Source: Formosa sp. Hel1_33_131 (GTDB taxonomy: Bacteria; Bacteroidota; Bacteroidia; Flavobacteriales; Flavobacteriaceae). From it: 32,000 nucleotides of DNA. The notes under the pieces were generated by a model. It saw nothing but the letters and a program-made list of their open reading frames with translations. It was not told the origin of the DNA and made no database searches. Below are positions 18,355 through 27,457 of this stretch, one piece after another (positions within the stretch are counted from its first letter, which is position 1; each line of letters begins with the position of its first letter). The stretch spans positions 1,440,001 to 1,472,000 of the forward strand of contig NZ_CP017260.1 of NCBI RefSeq assembly GCF_001735745.1, written 5' to 3'. Both the position numbers and the translations under genes were made by a program.

Positions 18355-21135
18355 TTAGTTGTTAATAGTCCATGATAAGAAGTAAATCGATCCAATGTTT
18401 CCAGTTCCGAATGCCGTATTGTATTCAGTTCCTAATAAATTGGTAGCACCTGCTTTGAACGTTGACTTTATACTTGGTACAGAGTAGTTGATTTGTGCAT
18501 CCACAGTATGAAATTGTTCTACGACACCATTTCCAAAAGAAGCTTCCCAGAAATAATCATCGCTAAATCTGTAAGAGACATTAAATCCAAAGTTTTCAAA
18601 TAAGGCTGTATTTCCAAAAGAGGCCTTGAATTTGTGTTCTGGTGTATTAAAGTTTGTATTGAAATCAGGAAAGTTTTTATCTTCATCCAATTTAGCATAG
18701 GTATAACTACCGCTTAAATCGAAATCACTAAACACTTTTGTTGACAATCCAATAGAAGCACCATACGATTTAATCTCCGCTCTTGAGTTTGTATACGCAC
18801 TATAGGCTGTATAATCGCCATTGGCAATAGAAGCAACTGAAAGTCCGCCATCACCAGCAACACCATATAAAGGTGCTACTACAATTTCTGTAGAAATAAA
18901 GTCCTTGTATGTATTATGGTAAGCACTGAAATCAACAATTAAATTGTCAAATTTACCACGGTACCCTACTTCGAAAGCTGTTACTTGTTCTGGTTTTACG
19001 ACATCTGGATTTGCAACTACTAAATCAGCTGGATTTCCAGTGACTCCTAACATTCCAACTGAACTCGCAGTATAAGAACTGTTATAAGCAGCAGATCCGG
19101 TTTGTGTGATCGTACTAGGTTGTCCAAAAGCAGCTTGTCCTGTTTGAGAAACATTAAACACATTAGAATAACGCTCCAAGTTGTTTGGTGCAGACCCTAC
19201 AAGTAAGGCACGCCCCGCATCAAGACCAATAAATAAATCTTGTGTTGTTGGGTTTCTAAAACCTGTTTGTGCAGAGGCTCTAAAGTTGTGGTTTCTGTTG
19301 ACAGTTACACCCGCAGATAATCTAGGTGAAAAGAAGCCATCGAAAAATTCTGATTTGTCATAACGCACAGATCCTGTTAATTTTAATTTTGCGTCAGCGC
19401 TCAATTCTAGCTCTTTTTGGATTTGTGTATAAGCTCCAAATTCAGAGTAGTTGATAGCACCGTCATAATCTGTATAAATAGTTCCTGAAGAATTTAAGCT
19501 GTATTGTCTAAATGATCCACCAACTTGAATGTCAACAACATCAGTTAAATGCGCAAAATTATAGTTACCATCTGCATGGTAGTATTTAGATGCATCTTGA
19601 AATTTAGATCCTGTAGTTAGGTCAGGATCGTTGATACTTGTATTGTAAGCACTTTGAAATCCAGCAGAACCTGGTAAAAAGCGACCGGTATCGGCAACAG
19701 CTCTTGCATTGGCATGTGCTTGTGCATCTGTAGCACCGCCTAAAGTAGACTGTACATACGTTCCTGCATATTCACCAAACCATGTTTTATCGTCTTTCCA
19801 TGCTCTGTTGATGTTAATCCCTGTAAAGACCATATCGTAAGAATCACCAGCGTCATCCGAAACAACATATCCTCTTACATAGAAGTTATCGTTCTTAACT
19901 TCTAATTTATGCTGTTCTTGAAAAAAGTTGTTAATCGCATATCGGTTGATTCCTTGGTATATTGTAGAACCTGTTCCTACTTTTCCAATGTATGAGATTT
20001 CAAAGTCATTTTCAAAAGGTCTGTAATACAGTCCCCAGTCAGCTTTGATACTTTCTGCATTGTAATTTGTCAAATCTCTTTCGTTGTAACCTGTTCTACT
20101 CACTGCTACGTTTGGAACCAAAGCATTAGCGCCTGCAGGCAATACGCCCAAAGCTTCTAGTGCTACAGCAACTTCTTTAATCCCTGTAGAGACTTCATCT
20201 CCATAAACATTAATTCCGTTATAATTTAAGTTGGTTGCTCTTGTGCCACCAATCATATCACTATCAACTTCGCTTGTTGCAGCCCAGTCGGTTCCTTTCA
20301 GCCATCCAAAGTTAACTTTGGCAGCAAACTTATTGCTAAATTTGTGAGCCATTCGGATTCCGAAATCGGTGTAAGTGTTGTCGCCAGCGGCTTCTTGAGA
20401 AGTCATTCCTCTTTTTAAGCTTGTACTGATTCCATCAGTATCAAAAGGATTTTTACTGGTCATAAATAAGACACCGTTAAAAGCATTTGCTCCATAAAGT
20501 GCAGAGGATGCTCCAGGCAGTAATTCTACGCTTTGTACATCGGTTTCAATCATACCCACTAAGTTTCCGATTGGGAAGTTAAGTGCTGGAGTTGAATTGT
20601 CCATTCCATCAACGAGCTGCATAAAACGAGTGTTTGCAAAGGTTGCAAATCCACGTGTGTTTACAGATTTAAATGTTAAACTGTTGGTGTTCACATCTAC
20701 GCCTTTTAAGTTTTCTAAACCACCGTAAAAATCAGCAGATGCAGAAGTCTTAATATCTTTAATCCCAAAACGCTCCACTGTTACAGGAGATTCAAAAATA
20801 CGTTCTGGAGTTCGAGATGCAGAAACAATAACTTCGTCAAGGAAACTTCCTTCATTTAAAGTGATTGCTAATGTTTCATTGTTTTTTGTAATTTCTTGCG
20901 AAAGTGTTTCAAAACCTACACTACTCACTTGAATTGAGAAAGGAGGGTTCTGGCTAACGGTTAACGTAAAGTTACCATCAAAGTCAGTAACGACTCCTGT
21001 AGAAGTTCCAACTACAATAATGTTGGCACCTGGTAATGGTAATCCACTGGCATCGTTGACAGTTCCTTTCACTGTTGTTTGTGCAAAAGATGCAACACAG
21101 AAAAGTAAGACAAAAGTCTTTAAAATTGTTTTCAT
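18355..21135 (-). CDS. TonB-dependent outer-membrane receptor with an N-terminal CarboxypepD_reg domain (non-SusC type)
   Basis: Signal peptide ending FAQ. TVKGTVNDASGLPLPGANIIVVGTSTGVVTDFDGNFTL. Plug region DEVIVSASRTPERIFESPVTVERF. Long beta-barrel; 926 aa. Confidence 0.9.
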   Translation of the reverse strand: MKTILKTFVLLFCVASFAQTTVKGTVNDASGLPLPGANIIVVGTSTGVVTDFDGNFTLTVSQNPPFSIQVSSVGFETLSQEITKNNETLAITLNEGSFLDEVIVSASRTPERIFESPVTVERFGIKDIKTSASADFYGGLENLKGVDVNTNSLTFKSVNTRGFATFANTRFMQLVDGMDNSTPALNFPIGNLVGMIETDVQSVELLPGASSALYGANAFNGVLFMTSKNPFDTDGISTSLKRGMTSQEAAGDNTYTDFGIRMAHKFSNKFAAKVNFGWLKGTDWAATSEVDSDMIGGTRATNLNYNGINVYGDEVSTGIKEVAVALEALGVLPAGANALVPNVAVSRTGYNERDLTNYNAESIKADWGLYYRPFENDFEISYIGKVGTGSTIYQGINRYAINNFFQEQHKLEVKNDNFYVRGYVVSDDAGDSYDMVFTGININRAWKDDKTWFGEYAGTYVQSTLGGATDAQAHANARAVADTGRFLPGSAGFQSAYNTSINDPDLTTGSKFQDASKYYHADGNYNFAHLTDVVDIQVGGSFRQYSLNSSGTIYTDYDGAINYSEFGAYTQIQKELELSADAKLKLTGSVRYDKSEFFDGFFSPRLSAGVTVNRNHNFRASAQTGFRNPTTQDLFIGLDAGRALLVGSAPNNLERYSNVFNVSQTGQAAFGQPSTITQTGSAAYNSSYTASSVGMLGVTGNPADLVVANPDVVKPEQVTAFEVGYRGKFDNLIVDFSAYHNTYKDFISTEIVVAPLYGVAGDGGLSVASIANGDYTAYSAYTNSRAEIKSYGASIGLSTKVFSDFDLSGSYTYAKLDEDKNFPDFNTNFNTPEHKFKASFGNTALFENFGFNVSYRFSDDYFWEASFGNGVVEQFHTVDAQINYSVPSIKSTFKAGATNLLGTEYNTAFGTGNIGSIYFLSWTINN

Positions 21136-21175
21136 AAATTAAATTGTTTAAAATCTTAAATGGTTATAGTAATAT

Positions 21176-21183
21176 CAAATTTA
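21176..21183 (-). promoter_or_regulatory. Candidate -7 box TAAATTTG for the TonB receptor operon
   Basis: Plus-strand caaattta is the reverse complement of TAnnTTTG. About 40 nt upstream of ATG 21135. Confidence 0.3.
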
Positions 21184-21394
21184 AGTATAAATATTAAACA
21201 ATTCTTAAATTTCGATACAAATATTATTAATCACACTCTTGGATAATCTCTATACAAATCTCTTTTATATTATATTTATCTGAAAACCAATAATTTAACA
21301 AACTATCTTGATGGTTACGCTCAACTTTCATGATATAATTCTGTGGAGAGGTTGTTCTTAATCCTTTAAATGACTTTAATTTCAACTACATAAA

Positions 21395-21439
21395 AAATGT
21401 AAAGTATTTTTGTCATTATGTAAAAAATACTTTACATTT
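21395..21439. promoter_or_regulatory. Perfect 17-bp inverted repeat with an 11-nt spacer; probable operator of the downstream XRE regulator, overlapping a -7 box
   Basis: aaatgtaaagtattttt (21395-21411) and aaaaatactttacattt (21423-21439). tatttttg (21405-21412) matches TAnnTTTG. The repeat ends 24 nt before ATG 21464. Confidence 0.5.
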
Positions 21440-21463
21440 GAAGAAAATTAAAATAGACATAGT

Positions 21464-21922
21464 ATGAATTATTTATTTAGTAATAAGTTTAAGAAAGTTA
21501 GTGGTTGGGTGTTTTACTTATCGTTACCTGTCGGATTATTTTTGATGTTAACAGAAAGAATACAAGATATTTTTGTTGTTAATGTTTTTTCAATTTTTTC
21601 ACATGAATGGGTTGGGTCAGAACCAACAGGTTTTGGGTGGATAGAAAATGGTTTAGGAGATGAAGTTTTTACTTTGTTAATTATTATCTCCGGATTAGTA
21701 AACTCTTTTTGTAGAGAAAAAATAGAAGATGAATTAATTTCTAGGACTAGATTAGAAAGTTTGTCCTTATCTCTTTTTATTAGTTTTGGTTTAATAATTG
21801 TGTCTACTTTTTTAGTGTATAGTATTAACTATATGTATGTATTAGTATCCAATTTATTTTTAATAATTCTGTTATTTAATCTAATATTTAAATTCAGACT
21901 GTCCAAACACTATAACTCATGA
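21464..21922 (+). CDS. Small multi-pass membrane protein of unknown function (about 4 TM)
   Basis: Hydrophobic segments VSGWVFYLSLPVGLFLML, VFTLLIIISGLV, LSLSLFISFGLIIVSTFLV and LVSNLFLIILLFNLIF. Very AT-rich codons. Its stop overlaps the regulator ATG (ATGA). Confidence 0.6.
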   Translation: MNYLFSNKFKKVSGWVFYLSLPVGLFLMLTERIQDIFVVNVFSIFSHEWVGSEPTGFGWIENGLGDEVFTLLIIISGLVNSFCREKIEDELISRTRLESLSLSLFISFGLIIVSTFLVYSINYMYVLVSNLFLIILLFNLIFKFRLSKHYNS

Positions 21923-22110
21923 AAAACAATTTAAAGTTATATCGAACAAAATCTGGATATACACAAGAAGATATTTCAAAAAAAATAGGAGTTTCTAGAC
22001 AAACAATTAATTCCATTGAAAATAACAGATTTCATCCTTCAATACTATTGTGTTTGAAACTTTCTAAGGAACTAGAATGTAAAGTAGATGATTTATTTAG
22101 TTTAGAATAA
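21919..22110 (+). CDS. Small XRE-family HTH transcriptional regulator (YozG-like, 63 aa)
   Basis: LKLYRTKSGYTQEDISKKIGVSRQTINSIENNRFHPSILLCLKLSKELECKVDDLF. Confidence 0.8.
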   Translation: MKNNLKLYRTKSGYTQEDISKKIGVSRQTINSIENNRFHPSILLCLKLSKELECKVDDLFSLE

Positions 22111-22121
22111 ATACCTCAACA

Positions 22122-23969
22122 TTACTCCACTGTCACAGACTTCGCAAGATTTCTGGGTTGATCTACATTTCTGTCCAACATCACAGCGATATGATACGAT
22201 AACAATTGTAAAGGAATGGTCGTCAGAAGTGGAGAAAGCAACTCTAAAGTTTCCGGAACTTCAATCACATGGTCTGCAATATCTCTAACTTGTGTGTCCC
22301 CTTTAGTGACGACAGCAATAATCTTCCCTTTTCTAGATTTGATTTCTTGAATGTTACTCACCACTTTTTCGTAATGTCCATATTTGGTCGCAATGACTGC
22401 GATGGGCATATTTTCATCTATAAGTGCGATGGGTCCGTGCTTCATTTCTGCTGCTGGATACCCTTCGGCATGAATGTAAGATATTTCTTTAAGTTTCAAA
22501 GCGCCTTCTAGTGCGACAGGGAAATTAAACCCTCGACCCAAGTATAAAAAGTTTTTAGCATCTTTATAGATAGCCGCAATTTCTTTGGCGAGTGCATCTG
22601 ATTTAAGGGTTGCTGCTACTTTTTCTGGGATGGTCTCTAATTCTACGAGGTGTCTTCTAAAGTCCGTGTTAGACATGGTGCCTTTGGCTTTTGCCAATCG
22701 CAATGCAATCAGTGTAAGCACTGTAATTTGTGTGGTAAATGCTTTGGTAGAAGCCACTCCAATTTCGGGTCCTGCATGGGTATAAGCCCCAGCATGGGTT
22801 TCTCTTGAAATTGAGGATCCCACCACATTACAGACTCCAAATACAAACGCACCTTTTTCTTTAGCGAGTTTGATGGCGGCAAGGGTATCGGCTGTTTCTC
22901 CAGATTGAGAAATAGCGATAACCACATCATTTTCGTTAATCACAGGATTTCGGTATCGAAATTCTGAAGCATATTCAACCTCCACAGGGATGCGTACCAA
23001 GTCTTCAATAATATATTCTGCAACTAATCCGGCATGCCAAGACGTTCCACAGGCGATAATAATAATACGGTTGGCGTTCAAAAACTTGCCCATATTATCT
23101 TCTACACCTGCCATTTTGATGATGCCTTCGTCTATTAATAATCGACCTCTATAAGTATCTTTAATGGCGTTTGGTTGCTCAAAAATTTCTTTTAGCATAA
23201 AATGATCATAACCGCCTTTTTCAATTTGCTCAAGATTTATTTTCAGTTCTTGAACGTAGGGGCTGACGATTCTGTCGTCTTTAATATTCCGTACATTTAA
23301 TGGCTTGTGCAATCTAATGACCGCCATTTCTTCGTCCTCTAAATAGACGGCATTGTTGGTGTACTCTATAAAAGGAGAGGCGTCACTCGCAATAAAAAAT
23401 TCATTTTCGCCAACACCAATTGCAAGTGGGCTTCCTAAGCGCGCCACTACAATTTCATTTGGTTTTTTGATGTCAAACACCGCAATTGCGTAAGCACCAA
23501 CCACTTGGTTGAGTGCGACTTGCACAGCTTTTCCAAGTTTTAAATCGCTATTTTTTTGAATGTCTTCAATCAGGTTTACTAAAACTTCTGTATCTGTATC
23601 TGATGAAAATTTGTAACCTCTTTTAATGAGTTCCTCTTTAAGAGTCGCATAGTTTTCGATAATCCCATTATGGATGATCACTAAATCTCCAGAATTAGAA
23701 AAATGAGGATGTGAATTGACATCGTTTGGAACGCCGTGGGTTGCCCAACGGGTGTGTCCAATTCCTAAACTACCAACTGGATTGATTTGTTCAGAAACTT
23801 TAGCCTCTAAATCGGCGACTTTCCCTTTGGTCTTTGAGAGTTTAATTTCAGAACCATCATAAAGTGCAATTCCGGCACTGTCGTAACCTCTATATTCTAA
23901 ACGTTGAAGTCCTTTTAGTATTACTGGATAGGCGTCTCGATGGCCAATGTATCCTACAATTCCACACAT
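22122..23969 (-). CDS. glmS: Glutamine--fructose-6-phosphate aminotransferase (isomerizing)
   Basis: MCGIVGYIG at the N-terminus, two SIS domains, and a C-terminal KSVTVE. 615 aa. Confidence 0.97.
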   Translation of the reverse strand: MCGIVGYIGHRDAYPVILKGLQRLEYRGYDSAGIALYDGSEIKLSKTKGKVADLEAKVSEQINPVGSLGIGHTRWATHGVPNDVNSHPHFSNSGDLVIIHNGIIENYATLKEELIKRGYKFSSDTDTEVLVNLIEDIQKNSDLKLGKAVQVALNQVVGAYAIAVFDIKKPNEIVVARLGSPLAIGVGENEFFIASDASPFIEYTNNAVYLEDEEMAVIRLHKPLNVRNIKDDRIVSPYVQELKINLEQIEKGGYDHFMLKEIFEQPNAIKDTYRGRLLIDEGIIKMAGVEDNMGKFLNANRIIIIACGTSWHAGLVAEYIIEDLVRIPVEVEYASEFRYRNPVINENDVVIAISQSGETADTLAAIKLAKEKGAFVFGVCNVVGSSISRETHAGAYTHAGPEIGVASTKAFTTQITVLTLIALRLAKAKGTMSNTDFRRHLVELETIPEKVAATLKSDALAKEIAAIYKDAKNFLYLGRGFNFPVALEGALKLKEISYIHAEGYPAAEMKHGPIALIDENMPIAVIATKYGHYEKVVSNIQEIKSRKGKIIAVVTKGDTQVRDIADHVIEVPETLELLSPLLTTIPLQLLSYHIAVMLDRNVDQPRNLAKSVTVE

Positions 23970-23974
23970 ATATT

Positions 23975-25663
23975 TTAGTTACTAGGTTCGGTTCTTGGTT
24001 CGGTATAATAAATATTAAGTTTTACTCTTTTGGCGACATTTGGAGAGTTACTTCCGTGTAGAACAACACTTTTGGGAGATAAAACAGTTCCTGTAGGAAC
24101 GCCTTCTATAGTTGTAATATCTAAACCAATACCTACATCAATACTCGTTTGAAACCCTCTTGGGGAGGCTGACCCTACATTGGAAGAAACAACAAGACCA
24201 AGCTTCACATTTGTAGAATCGTCAATAATGATGTTATTCAAATGCTCTGTCAGTCTAATTTTATATTTCTTTTGTTCCGTACCATCCGCACTTGTTTCGG
24301 TGCTTAAAGGCACCAAATGTGTGAATTTAGAATCCGCCGAAGCCGTATTGACTGTTTGATCTAAAAAGAAATCAGTCATAGGAATATTATTATCTAAATC
24401 ATAAAGATAGACTCTGTTAGGATGATCCGTATTTAGTTGGGTTTCATCGATATAAAATTCTAAATAAGCTTCGTTGATCAAGCGCTTTACGGATACCAAG
24501 CCGTTGTTGTCCACTTCTCTAAACTCATTCAGTTGGTCCTCTTCAGAGTTTCCAGCTTCGTCTGCAAACAATTCAACAATAGCCATAGAGCCTTCGCCGC
24601 CTTTTAAATAAAGGTAATCATCACCTTCTGCATCTGTAGTGGTATCATCGATAATATTGGTTACGGAAGCATTAAAGGTATTGTCAAAAATATTCACGCG
24701 ATTCCCTGTGAAATTCATTTCATATTCGCCTTGAGATGTAATGGTTGAGGTCTCCCCATTTACGGTAACAGTTTCCTCGTAGGTGTAATAGATGGTTACA
24801 CTTGCATCCGTCGAAGAAAAGTCCAATTGCATTAGGTTTCCACCCATCGGAGTAATAGACTCTGCCTTAAAGTAGAGGCCTCTAAAATACTCGTAAAAAT
24901 TACTGGAGCTACTCAGGACTTCATCCTCTTCTTTTGAAAAGATCAAGTCGTCCCAAAATGCTGCAATAGGATTTGAGTTTTGACCAGTGGGACTGAATAA
25001 GTGCACTCTTAAGCTTGGTTGTAACGTAGATGCGACTTCAAAAACGTCAGTTTCCTCATTATCTTCCCACAAATCTATAGAATCTGCACTTGGAAAATAG
25101 CTGTTATCTTGATAAATTAATTGCCCTTCAAGATCGGTGGTTCCCATTAGTTCACCTTGAGCCAAAGTTCCGTTGGAATAATAATTTTGAGGCGCATCTA
25201 AGTCTGCGTTCGGATCAAACGTTCTTAGGTAATAATTGTTTTTAAAAATTGATAGTTTAATGGGATCGCTTCCATATAAATAATCAAGTGTATAAGTCAT
25301 TGTCTCAGTATCTATAGTGCTTTTGTAAGGAACGGTTAAGACCACAGAGTCTAAAATAGTATCGTCTCCAAAATCAGGCGCAAAGGTTTTAGGTGTTAGT
25401 TGCCCTACAAAATCAACTTTTGAATCTCCAAATACAGGATCGTAATAGTAGCCCAAAAGGTTTTCAGAGAGGCCATTGGACTGAAATGGCTTCATTTTTT
25501 TATTGTAAGTTTTTACAGGATATGTACCGTTTTTAATTTCAAAATCGGGCGTTCCCACAATTCCGGTTCCAATTTCAGAAAACTCATTGTCACAAGCCTG
25601 AATCATAAAAATCAGAGATAAACAACAAACGGATTTAAACAATACGGAGTTTAGGTTTTTCAT
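23975..25663 (-). CDS. Bacteroidetes lipoprotein, DUF4270-like
   Basis: Lipobox MIQA-C. Acidic, Thr/Asn-rich, 562 aa. Lies between the glgA-like gene and glmS, which matches my recollection of where DUF4270 genes sit in flavobacteria. The family name was not verified by a search. Confidence 0.55.
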   Translation of the reverse strand: MKNLNSVLFKSVCCLSLIFMIQACDNEFSEIGTGIVGTPDFEIKNGTYPVKTYNKKMKPFQSNGLSENLLGYYYDPVFGDSKVDFVGQLTPKTFAPDFGDDTILDSVVLTVPYKSTIDTETMTYTLDYLYGSDPIKLSIFKNNYYLRTFDPNADLDAPQNYYSNGTLAQGELMGTTDLEGQLIYQDNSYFPSADSIDLWEDNEETDVFEVASTLQPSLRVHLFSPTGQNSNPIAAFWDDLIFSKEEDEVLSSSSNFYEYFRGLYFKAESITPMGGNLMQLDFSSTDASVTIYYTYEETVTVNGETSTITSQGEYEMNFTGNRVNIFDNTFNASVTNIIDDTTTDAEGDDYLYLKGGEGSMAIVELFADEAGNSEEDQLNEFREVDNNGLVSVKRLINEAYLEFYIDETQLNTDHPNRVYLYDLDNNIPMTDFFLDQTVNTASADSKFTHLVPLSTETSADGTEQKKYKIRLTEHLNNIIIDDSTNVKLGLVVSSNVGSASPRGFQTSIDVGIGLDITTIEGVPTGTVLSPKSVVLHGSNSPNVAKRVKLNIYYTEPRTEPSN

Positions 25664-25664
25664 A

Positions 25665-26483
25665 TTAAGGGACTAGTTTTAAGATTTGTGTATTGTAAAA
25701 TTCAGTGTAAGCCTCTGCAAAAGCTTCAGGGTATTGGTAGTCCAAAACAGGTTTTTCACAATCAGCAAGGTAATCGTCTAATTCTTTTGGGAGGTCTTGA
25801 GACCCTCTTATCAATCCATCTGAAAAATCAACTGCGACTTTCATTAAGTTAGTATAGGAAGGTGTTTTTAACTTGTTGATGTGTGTATCCTCAATTTCAT
25901 CAAACTTAATTTTGTCAACCATGCCCATATTAAGCGTCTTGTCAAAACTCTGGTTATATATAGAGGTTACAATTTTACTTTCTTTGAAAAGCGGTTCGTC
26001 TTTATAGTATTGCTTCAAATATAATGGCAATAAAGAGGCCAGCCACCCATGCACATGAATAATGTCGGGAGCCCAATTTAATTTCTTTACAGTTTCTATA
26101 ACCCCTTTAGCAAAAAATATAGCACGTTCATCATTGTCATCAAATAATTCACCGTTTTCATCGGTAAACGTTGCTTTACGTCTAAAATACTCTTCGTTAT
26201 CAATAAAATATACTTGAATGCGTTCCTTTGGAATCGAAGCTACTTTTATGATTAAAGGCATGTCTAAATCATTAATCACTAAGTTGATTCCCGACAAGCG
26301 AATCACCTCATGTAACTGATGCCTTCTCTCGTTGATATTCCCATAACGCGGCATGAATATTCGTATCTGCCCCCCTTGTTTATTCACCATTCTAGGCGCT
26401 TCAAACGACATGGAGGAAATCTCCGTTTCAGGTAAATAGGGTACAACCTCGGACGAAACGTATAATATTCTCTTATCTTTCAT
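25665..26483 (-). CDS. Glycogen/starch-synthase-like protein consisting only of the N-terminal GT5 half (272 aa)
   Basis: KRILYVSSEVVPYLPETEISS, FMPRYG, and IIHVHGWLASLLPLYLK. Start moved to ATG 26483, because the track extension would cross the divergent promoter and the panC start. Confidence 0.75.
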   Translation of the reverse strand: MKDKRILYVSSEVVPYLPETEISSMSFEAPRMVNKQGGQIRIFMPRYGNINERRHQLHEVIRLSGINLVINDLDMPLIIKVASIPKERIQVYFIDNEEYFRRKATFTDENGELFDDNDERAIFFAKGVIETVKKLNWAPDIIHVHGWLASLLPLYLKQYYKDEPLFKESKIVTSIYNQSFDKTLNMGMVDKIKFDEIEDTHINKLKTPSYTNLMKVAVDFSDGLIRGSQDLPKELDDYLADCEKPVLDYQYPEAFAEAYTEFYNTQILKLVP

Positions 26484-26521
26484 AAGTTTTATGGTTTTAG
26501 CGTTTATCAACAAAAAACACG

Positions 26522-26529
26522 CAAAAATA
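26522..26529 (-). promoter_or_regulatory. Candidate -7 box TATTTTTG for the glgA-like/DUF4270/glmS string
   Basis: Plus-strand caaaaata is the reverse complement of TAnnTTTG. 38 nt upstream of ATG 26483. Confidence 0.3.
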
Positions 26530-26560
26530 CAAAATTTTATGCAGATTAACAGTAATACCT

Positions 26561-26568
26561 TAAGTTTG
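26561..26568 (+). promoter_or_regulatory. Candidate -7 box TAAGTTTG for the panC-panD string
   Basis: taagtttg matches TAnnTTTG. 22 nt upstream of ATG 26591. Confidence 0.35.
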
Positions 26569-26590
26569 CACGTTGTTAAATATTTACTAA

Positions 26591-27442
26591 ATGCGAGTTT
26601 ACACATCTAAAGCCGAGTTGCGCACCTTCATTAGCAAGGAAAAAAACACTGCTTTTTCATTGGGATTTGTGCCAACGATGGGCGCACTCCACGTGGGGCA
26701 TCTGTCTTTAGTGAAAGCTGCTTTGGCTGAAAACACGCTGGTGGTTGTCAGTATTTTTGTAAACCCCACCCAGTTTGACAATCCAAATGATTTAAGCTCA
26801 TATCCACGTACGTTGACCGAAGATGTTCAGTTATTAGAAACACTTTCTGAAACACAGATTTTAGTCTATGCCCCAACCGTTAGCGATGTCTATGGATCTG
26901 AAATGAACGCCGATCATTTTGATTTTGGAGGTCTGGAATTTGAAATGGAAGGTAAATTTAGAACTGGCCATTTTGATGGGGTTGGAACCATTGTAAAACA
27001 TCTGTTTGAAATTGTAAAACCCAACTTTGCTTATTTTGGTGAAAAAGATTTTCAGCAATTACAAATTATCAAAAAGATGGTTGAGATTACCAAGCTCCCA
27101 GTCACAATCACTGGCTGTCCAATTGAGCGTGAGTCCAATGGACTCGCTATGAGTTCACGAAACAGCCGTTTGTCTGCCGAAGAAATAGAAAAATCAGGCT
27201 TAATTTATAAAACGCTCCAAACCGTTAAAGAAAAATTTCAATCCGAAAACCATACAGTTATTTCCGATTGGGTAAGCACTCAATTTAGCAACCACCCTTT
27301 ATTTGAGTTGGAATATTTTCAGATTTCAGAGAGTGAAAACTTAGCGCCCATTCAACAAAAAAATCAAACTAAAATATACCGCGCATTTATTGCAGTTTTT
27401 GCAGGAGATGTCCGATTAATTGACAATATCGCTTTAAATTAA
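26591..27442 (+). CDS. panC: Pantoate--beta-alanine ligase
   Basis: GFVPTMGALHVGHLSLV, FVNPTQF, and FGEKDFQQL. Confidence 0.95.
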   Translation: MRVYTSKAELRTFISKEKNTAFSLGFVPTMGALHVGHLSLVKAALAENTLVVVSIFVNPTQFDNPNDLSSYPRTLTEDVQLLETLSETQILVYAPTVSDVYGSEMNADHFDFGGLEFEMEGKFRTGHFDGVGTIVKHLFEIVKPNFAYFGEKDFQQLQIIKKMVEITKLPVTITGCPIERESNGLAMSSRNSRLSAEEIEKSGLIYKTLQTVKEKFQSENHTVISDWVSTQFSNHPLFELEYFQISESENLAPIQQKNQTKIYRAFIAVFAGDVRLIDNIALN

Positions 27443-27457
27443 TTACCTTTGACAACT

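Noticed and set aside
21136-21330. Riboswitch (e.g. cobalamin) in the long 5' region of the TonB-dependent receptor.
   Set aside because: The region is extremely AT-rich. On either strand it lacks the conserved G/C-rich cores (such as the B12 box) that I would expect.
21290-21360. Slightly more G/C-containing patch (ggttacgctcaactttcatgat...ctgtggagaggttg), considered as a gene remnant, including a 17-codon minus-strand ORF MKVERNHQDSLLNYWFSDK.
   Set aside because: It is too short, has no recognisable family motif, and stops occur in all frames nearby. I cannot support a pseudogene call.
23970-23974. glmS ribozyme upstream of glmS.
   Set aside because: Only 5 nt separate glmS from the preceding gene, so there is no room for it. 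The ribozyme is also a feature of Gram-positive bacteria.
26484-26606. Upstream extension of the glgA-like ORF (41 hydrophobic, Cys-rich codons).
   Set aside because: It would run through the divergent promoter region and overlap the panC start. Glycogen-synthase similarity starts at MKDKRILYVSS (ATG 26483).
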